A stretch of DNA of 54,187 nt, taken from Calditrichaceae bacterium. GTDB lineage: Bacteria; Calditrichota; Calditrichia; Calditrichales; JBFXGD01. The DNA lies in contig JBFXGD010000004.1 in NCBI GenBank assembly GCA_050178385.1, positions 1-54,187 on the forward strand, read 5' to 3'. The notes below the pieces were generated by a model. That model was not told the DNA's origin, searched no databases, and saw only the letters and a program-made list of their open reading frames with translations. Positions 48,376-54,187 of this stretch are shown here, piece by piece (position 1 is the first letter of the stretch; each line of letters opens with the position of its first letter). The translations under genes were made by a program, and so were the position numbers.

Positions 48376-50070
48376 CTAATAAGTTTTTGGGTTATGATCT
48401 TCACCATGACATACAAGGTAACACGTGCCTCTGGTAGTCCCCTGATCAATAAATTCCAACCGCGTACCGGAGGGAAAAACAACGGATATATCAAAATTAA
48501 TAAGATGTGTATTGTTGGTCGTGTTCCCCTGTAAACTACTGATACCGTGAGGATCATGGCAGACATTGCAGGGGGTATCTTCTGCAACAATATGTCTCCA
48601 GTGGACTTTTCTTGCGAAACTTCCTGAGCTGTTTATAATTGTGTTACGGTCATGGCATTCATAACATAACCTGTAGTTGTCATAGGATTCCGTTGTATAA
48701 TCCGCTGTGACATACTGAAATTTCAATATCTGTGGATATATGGATCCGTGAGGTCCTGCCGGAGCATCCGTGCCGTCACTGGCATGGCAATTTGTACAGT
48801 AAATGATGCTGGAGGCGGTATAGGGTGATATCATTGAATTAACGTTTGGATTTTTTCCGGCCGCTTCGATCGGGTGATAAGAGGGATTCCCCGGATCATA
48901 CTCGAGACGTACATTAGATTGTTCAATCAATCTGATGGTCGGGCTGCCGGGTTTATCAGGACTGTCGGCATGGCATTTATAGCAAAGTTCGTATTGATAT
49001 TGTACCGGATCGACCGCTGTTCCGTTTGTGTTTAATCCGCTTGTGCCGGCAATGAATCCGTTGGCGTTTGGCGCGCTGGCAGCAGCGCTTCTGCTGGCAT
49101 GGGGGTTGTGACAGTCTTCGCACTCCACATGCCTGTTTTGAACAGGAATATTTTCTCCCGGATCGTGAACGCCGGCATAGTTATAAACATCATGAATATA
49201 TGGTTTGGTGGCAACAATTGTCTGAATGTTTTTAGCGGCGACATTCCCGTTATGACAGTCGAGACAGTTGTTCTCTTCAGTGAGTGAATTCAACAGACGG
49301 TCATGACTCTCTGAGTTGTGTGGATTATGACAGTTTTCACAGCCGTTTTCCGCCACATTCGTGTAGGGTGTATGAAACCATGGATCGTTGCCGGAACCGT
49401 TCCACGTCGCGATCGAATTTTTGTGTGATGAATTGGTCCAGTCAGTTTTCTGATGACAATAGAGACAAAGATCAGAATTTTGATTAGTAGCAACCAGAAA
49501 TTGTCCGTATAAATCAATATGCGGGTCATGGCAGGAAGTGCACTGAACGCGCTCGTTTGCCAGTTTAACCGGTCCGGTAAGAACGGCGGGATCGCTTAGT
49601 TCACCGTCCGCGGCGGATAAAGCGGAATTATACAAAAATGATACCGGGTGATCATCCGATAAATCAGTGGATAAATTTTTATTTCCCGATGGCATCATGG
49701 TAATTCCGCCGGTGAATTCAATGGGAGCCGGCCTACTTAAAACATTACCAAGAGCGATGGTTCCGTCATGACAGGAAAGACACAACAGGGAAGCGCCGTC
49801 CGGCTGACCGGGTGACGCCTGAGCGGTGGAACTGCCGTAAATTGTATAGGTTAATCCGGGATCTTCACGATTCCATAAGGGTTGCCGTGGGCTGCTTTTA
49901 TGCGGAGTATGACAAAAAACACAGATTTCAGATTCACTGCTGGCTTTAACCGTTCCTGGCCCGGTGGCGGATAAATTATGAACCGAATTCACAATTGATT
50001 GTGATAACGTGAAACAGGGAATCATCAACAGAAAGGTAAAAGTAATCAGTAACTTATTTTTCATCGTCAT
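48376..50070 (-). CDS. Multiheme c-type cytochrome (about 12 hemes) with an N-terminal OmcE-like module
   Basis: Signal peptide; 11 CxxCH plus CYLVCH; the first four hemes sit in a module collinear with the downstream tetraheme protein. Confidence 0.9.
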   Translation of the reverse strand: MTMKNKLLITFTFLLMIPCFTLSQSIVNSVHNLSATGPGTVKASSESEICVFCHTPHKSSPRQPLWNREDPGLTYTIYGSSTAQASPGQPDGASLLCLSCHDGTIALGNVLSRPAPIEFTGGITMMPSGNKNLSTDLSDDHPVSFLYNSALSAADGELSDPAVLTGPVKLANERVQCTSCHDPHIDLYGQFLVATNQNSDLCLYCHQKTDWTNSSHKNSIATWNGSGNDPWFHTPYTNVAENGCENCHNPHNSESHDRLLNSLTEENNCLDCHNGNVAAKNIQTIVATKPYIHDVYNYAGVHDPGENIPVQNRHVECEDCHNPHASRSAAASAPNANGFIAGTSGLNTNGTAVDPVQYQYELCYKCHADSPDKPGSPTIRLIEQSNVRLEYDPGNPSYHPIEAAGKNPNVNSMISPYTASSIIYCTNCHASDGTDAPAGPHGSIYPQILKFQYVTADYTTESYDNYRLCYECHDRNTIINSSGSFARKVHWRHIVAEDTPCNVCHDPHGISSLQGNTTNNTHLINFDISVVFPSGTRLEFIDQGTTRGTCYLVCHGEDHNPKTY

Positions 50071-51073
50071 CCTTGTTTGTCAGTTCAAACATCTGTATTC
50101 TCGCGTTATAGCTGTCTGCTACATAGATGCGGTCATGGTGATCAATAAAAATTCCGGAGGGAAGCCAGAATTCACCATGCCCCCGGCCCTGTTTCCCGAA
50201 ATAGGAGAGAAAATTTCCTTCTTTATCGAAAATCTGGACTGTATGAAATAGCCCGTCAACCACATAAATATGTCCGCGCGAGTCAGTAGCGATACCTTTC
50301 GGGGATGAAAAATACCCGCTGGCGTCTCCTGCTTCGCCAAAAATATTAACGAGCTCACCGGTTTTATTAAAAACCTGAATCCTGAAATTCATTGAGTCAA
50401 CGATATACACATTACCAATATCATCGATCGTGAGAAAAGTGGGAAAATTGAATTCACCGGCTCCGGTGCCCCGGTGTCCGATGGTCCTCAGCAAATTGCC
50501 CTCTTTGTCCAATACCTGAATTCGGTGCTTCCCGGTTTCCGCCACCCAGATTTCATTAGTTAAATCGGAAAAACCGATTCCCGTCGGCCTGTCAATTTTT
50601 AATGATGGATTTAATAATCCTGATTTTCCCGATGTAATATTTTGTATGTAAATTTGATTGATTTTTGAATCGGTAAGAAGCAGTGAATATGAATTAAACC
50701 TGCACATGCAGATAAGTGACGGAAAACCGGATTGATTATTCTGATAGTAATTTTTGATCTGACCTGAATTTTGATCAATAAATATCAGCGTCTTTGACCC
50801 CTGATCCAGCACCCAGATGGAATCAGGATTCTCCGTGAAAACAGAAACCGGTCTTATTAACGGGCGGAAATCATTTCCAAAAATAAAATTGAACATTAAT
50901 TTGGCGAAACCGGGTTTAGCCTTCAAATCTTCGGATGATGAAAACTGTCCCGTCCATTTAACGGTGCGGTAATCGGAGTCAGATGTAACGGACTGATTCT
51001 CGGCCGCCATGTTCAGCACCGGTAATAAAATCAGAATGGTAAGTGATACGATCCAAAAATTCCGTTTTATCAA
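50054..51073 (-). CDS. NHL-repeat beta-propeller exported protein
   Basis: NHL repeats (GEFNFPT, VYIVDSMNFRIQVF, FSSPKGIATDSRGHIYVVD, GEFWLPSGIFID); probable TTG start at 51073 with aggga RBS. Confidence 0.9.
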   Translation of the reverse strand: MIKRNFWIVSLTILILLPVLNMAAENQSVTSDSDYRTVKWTGQFSSSEDLKAKPGFAKLMFNFIFGNDFRPLIRPVSVFTENPDSIWVLDQGSKTLIFIDQNSGQIKNYYQNNQSGFPSLICMCRFNSYSLLLTDSKINQIYIQNITSGKSGLLNPSLKIDRPTGIGFSDLTNEIWVAETGKHRIQVLDKEGNLLRTIGHRGTGAGEFNFPTFLTIDDIGNVYIVDSMNFRIQVFNKTGELVNIFGEAGDASGYFSSPKGIATDSRGHIYVVDGLFHTVQIFDKEGNFLSYFGKQGRGHGEFWLPSGIFIDHHDRIYVADSYNARIQMFELTNKDDDEK

Positions 51074-51333
51074 AACCAATTCCCTATAATTACAGTGAAT
51101 CCAGCCATGTGAAAAAATATACATATTTGGTCCGAAAATCAACTTAATCATCAAAAAGCAAATAACCAATGTAAGATAATGGCTTTGTTCAGCCCTTGTA
51201 TGTGCTCTATATCAATTTCTGATTTTATATCTGTGTATCAAAAATATTCAGTGACATTGAAGATATAAAAATATTTTGCGGTAGAAAATGATTATTTAAA
51301 AAAGTTGTACGGGTAGGGAAAAAGAGAAAATCA

Positions 51334-51414
51334 TAACCCGCGCGGGGAGTTGACCGAACAAAAACAGGTATTTGTTTAAGAAAACGGTCCGGTCAATGCT
51401 CCCGCGTCAGGTTA
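51334..51414. repeat. Imperfect GC-rich inverted repeat upstream of the cytochrome operon
   Basis: Arms TAACCCGCGCGGGGAGTTGACCGAAC (51334-51359) and GTCCGGTCAATGCTCCCGCGTCAGGTTA (51387-51414). Confidence 0.55.
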
Positions 51415-51464
51415 ATGGGATTTATTGACGGGTCTATATGTTCCGACATGTCAATGAAATGAAA

Positions 51465-51890
51465 TTATTTCATCATTGCCTTCTTGAGCATGCTGAGATT
51501 TTCACGTTCCTGAGCCGCCCTGCCCGCAAAGCTTTCCAGAGCCGTAACTTTCCATTTTAACACACCCCACGCGGGGATACTTCGTATGATCTTATCCACT
51601 TCGCTGTTGGAAGAAGCCTCCACTATAAACATGAATGCCCGGTCTCCTACCGCAAGGCCTCCGGAGATGATCTTCTTTTCGGCCTCAAGTTTCATTAAAA
51701 CGTTAAACGTGGGCAGGATACCTTTTTCCAGAACCTGTATGCCTTCTTCCGGCGATGTGTAGCCAGGCCCATCCGATCCAACAACAAGGTATAAATTACT
51801 ACCGGTAGCCGGCATTTTCGGCTGAGCAAATGCGGATAGGCTGAATCCAAATACAACTAATGCGAATATCACCATGATTTGCTTCTTCAT
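51465..51890 (-). CDS. Exported small protein, muconolactone-isomerase/dimeric alpha-beta barrel-like
   Basis: Signal peptide AFA-QP; FIVEASSNSEVDKIIRSIPAW..KWKVTAL pattern. Confidence 0.55.
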   Translation of the reverse strand: MKKQIMVIFALVVFGFSLSAFAQPKMPATGSNLYLVVGSDGPGYTSPEEGIQVLEKGILPTFNVLMKLEAEKKIISGGLAVGDRAFMFIVEASSNSEVDKIIRSIPAWGVLKWKVTALESFAGRAAQERENLSMLKKAMMK

Positions 51891-52247
51891 GATTTTTCCC
51901 CCCTCATGAATGAATGGTTAAATGAATTAATTAGATGAAAAGAACGATGTACAATTTTTGAACTTCGCACTCGAATATGGCGGCTTATAAATTGGTCTGA
52001 AATAGACTGATTTGATCGAATCAAATATATCAACTGTATTATACAACCAATATTTTCTTGTTTTCATACCGACTAATTATATTTTTCCAGGAATCCGAAG
52101 ACGCGGAAAATAATTGTGAGACTAACGCTGTAAAAACGGACAGTTGAATTTACTATGCAAAATGTAATAGCGCCGATCAAGAAAAGTAACAAGATTTAAA
52201 CAAGGCAGGAGAATAATTCTGTGGAATGATATCTAATTATGAAATCA

Positions 52248-54185
52248 TCAGTCCCTGCGCAACCGGTTAATCTGATCGACGTCTCCGAGCACCAGAAGAC
52301 GATCTCCGGGCTTAATCACATAATCCGGAGTCGGTATGGTGCCCGGACGACCGGGAATGCCGGCTCCCGATGTGGTTGGTTTGCGGATAAGGATCACCTC
52401 AAGTCCGTAATGGGAGCGGATATTGATTTCACGAATGGTGCGTCCTATAAAGCTGTATGGAGGTTCCACCTCCGCCAGCCGGTATCCATCAGTTAGTTCC
52501 ACTTCGCGTTCATCCTGCACGGCAGTCACCACGCTGTGCATACCTCCGGCCAGATCCCATTTGAATATTTCCCTATTGTAGGCGTCAATAATATCTTTTC
52601 GCTGGACTGACCCGATCAGTTTTTTTGATTCCCTGCTCTCAATGACGGGCAGTTCATCCACATTATAACGGCCAAACGAATGCATCACTAAATCCAGATT
52701 ATCATCAGGATACAAGCATGTCGGGGGTGGATGGGCAATATCAGAAGCGATAACCAGTTCGGCGAGGTATGATTCATCCTTTAAAAACTCTTTTAATTCA
52801 AGGATGGAAATCGTCCCTACCAGTTCTTCCTTTTTGTTTATCACAAAGTATTCCTGGTGCATGCTCCGCATCATACAGCGGATCAGCTCGTTGAATGAAT
52901 CATTAGCAGGAACCGTTTCTATATCTTGCTTCAAAACATCCCTGACGGCTAACCCGCGCAGGATGTTGATATCCCGGCCTTCGAAGATATTAATTCCCCG
53001 CCGCGCCAGTTTCATGGTGTAAATGGATTCTCGTTTTAGATAGGTGGCAATAAGAACCGAGATAATACATGAGACCATTAGAGGGGGAATGATATGATAA
53101 TCGTTTGTCAGTTCAAAAATAATCAGGATGGCGGTGATGGGTGCGTGGGTTGTACCGGCCACCAGGGCGCCCATTCCTACAAGAGCATAAGCGCCCGCAT
53201 CCGCTGTGATTGCCGGATACATAAGATGCACTTCTTTTCCGATCAGACTGCCCAGCATGGCTCCGATAAAGAGCGACGGCGCGAAAATACCGCCTGAACC
53301 GCCGGAGCCGAGCGTGGCCGATGTGGCGGCAATCTTTAAAAATATCAACCCTCCGAGCAGCAGGCGTACATCCCGGCCCCAGAGAGCGTCATTTATCGAT
53401 TCGTATCCGACACCGTAAACCTGCGGAAAGCCAAGGGCAATGACACCAACTATCAGACCGCCGACAGCGGGTTTCAGATATCCGGGGATGTTTAGTTTTT
53501 CAAAAATATCCTGACTTTTATAAAGCGAATGAATAAACAAAACAGCAATCAATCCCGCCAATATTCCAAGTATGGTATAGGGTATAAATTCATACGAACT
53601 GACGATGTTGTAGGACGGAACCCGGAATGCGGGAAAGTCTCCTATATAATGTCGTGAAATAACGGTGGCGACCACGGATGAAATGACGATCGGGCTGAAG
53701 GCCGGCACCGCAAAGTCACCAAGAATAATTTCAACGGCGAACAGCGCTCCGGCGATAGGCGCGTTAAAAGTCGCGGCGATCCCGGCCGCCGCGCCGCAGG
53801 CCACAAAAGTGCGGAGACGCCGGGCGGAAACAGCAAGAAACTGTCCAAAAGCCGAACCGATGGCTGAACCAATATGAACTATCGGTCCTTCACGTCCTGC
53901 CGATCCACCGGAACCGATGGTAATTGCGGCTGCAAGGGCTTTAGCTATCACGACCCGAGGTCGAATGCTGCCGCCGTGAATGGCAACCGATTCCATTACT
54001 TCCGGGATGCCGCTGCCTTTCACCTCGCGGGCGATAAAATGAACAATGGGACCGACAATAAGCCCGCCGAGAACCGGAATGCCCAGTTTTTGCCACCAGC
54101 TAAGCCCGCTTACCCAGTCAAGAGAATAGATATCCGTCTGAAAAAAGGCGTGATGGGTAATTTTAATAAGATAGCGGAAGAAAAT
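52248..54185 (-). CDS. ClC chloride channel/antiporter with CBS pair and TrkA-C domain (5' end outside the window)
   Basis: GSGIP, GREGP, GIFAP, SIY motifs; CBS pair; C-terminal IGRTIRE...PTPDYVIKPGDRLLVLG; frame stays open to the window edge. Confidence 0.93.
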   Translation of the reverse strand: MFFRYLIKITHHAFFQTDIYSLDWVSGLSWWQKLGIPVLGGLIVGPIVHFIAREVKGSGIPEVMESVAIHGGSIRPRVVIAKALAAAITIGSGGSAGREGPIVHIGSAIGSAFGQFLAVSARRLRTFVACGAAAGIAATFNAPIAGALFAVEIILGDFAVPAFSPIVISSVVATVISRHYIGDFPAFRVPSYNIVSSYEFIPYTILGILAGLIAVLFIHSLYKSQDIFEKLNIPGYLKPAVGGLIVGVIALGFPQVYGVGYESINDALWGRDVRLLLGGLIFLKIAATSATLGSGGSGGIFAPSLFIGAMLGSLIGKEVHLMYPAITADAGAYALVGMGALVAGTTHAPITAILIIFELTNDYHIIPPLMVSCIISVLIATYLKRESIYTMKLARRGINIFEGRDINILRGLAVRDVLKQDIETVPANDSFNELIRCMMRSMHQEYFVINKKEELVGTISILELKEFLKDESYLAELVIASDIAHPPPTCLYPDDNLDLVMHSFGRYNVDELPVIESRESKKLIGSVQRKDIIDAYNREIFKWDLAGGMHSVVTAVQDEREVELTDGYRLAEVEPPYSFIGRTIREINIRSHYGLEVILIRKPTTSGAGIPGRPGTIPTPDYVIKPGDRLLVLGDVDQINRLRRD

Positions 54186-54187
54186 CG

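Noticed and set aside
51170-51464. Cyclic dinucleotide (GEMM-I) riboswitch upstream of the cytochrome operon
   Set aside because: The GGCAAA...GACGCAAA core was not found on the minus strand; an Infernal scan would be needed to exclude it fully
52010-52026. FNR-like site ATTTGAT-CGA-ATCAAAT
   Set aside because: Spacer is 3 nt rather than the 4 nt of TTGAT-N4-ATCAA
2271-53877. Many 60-160 aa ORFs overlapping larger genes (e.g. 4657..5148, 20385..20816, 24617..25078, 43177..43551)
   Set aside because: They are antisense or alternate-frame shadows of well-supported genes with no recognisable motifs
1-54187. CRISPR array, IS element, rRNA or tRNA
   Set aside because: No spaced direct repeats, transposase motifs or RNA gene signatures seen by eye

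Overview
Bacterial chromosomal window of a diderm organism (many lipoproteins and an outer-membrane beta-barrel; lineage not determinable here) with about 49 protein genes and no rRNA, tRNA, CRISPR array, transposase or prophage that I can support. Order: ECF sigma (SigZ-like), glutaredoxin-groES, ptsI, an SOS cassette (lexA, a catalytically dead LexA/UmuD-like paralog, a small DUF6504-like gene, dinB) with two TGTAC-N4-GTACA operators, an ABC exporter, TRAP permeases (dctQ frameshifted), proline dehydrogenase, two radical SAM/SPASM paralogs around a GT2 and a flippase-like gene, acs, a PiT/DUF47 pair, a subtilase, a FadR-headed ADHAPS-like/GlpD/FGGY operon with a clear promoter and operator, a nine-gene exported LPP20/LpoB-like/COG3014 cluster, SRPBCC, a seven-gene multiheme cytochrome operon, and a 5'-truncated ClC-CBS-TrkA_C gene. 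The strongest candidate for an undescribed system is the cytochrome operon (42596-51073). It encodes an OmcE-type tetraheme protein (putative nanowire subunit), a 12-heme protein whose N-terminus is a second OmcE-like module, two NHL propellers, a pentaheme lipoprotein, a beta-barrel and a 15-heme cytochrome, i.e. a candidate porin-cytochrome-to-nanowire extracellular electron transfer conduit. All family assignments come from motif recognition, not database searches.
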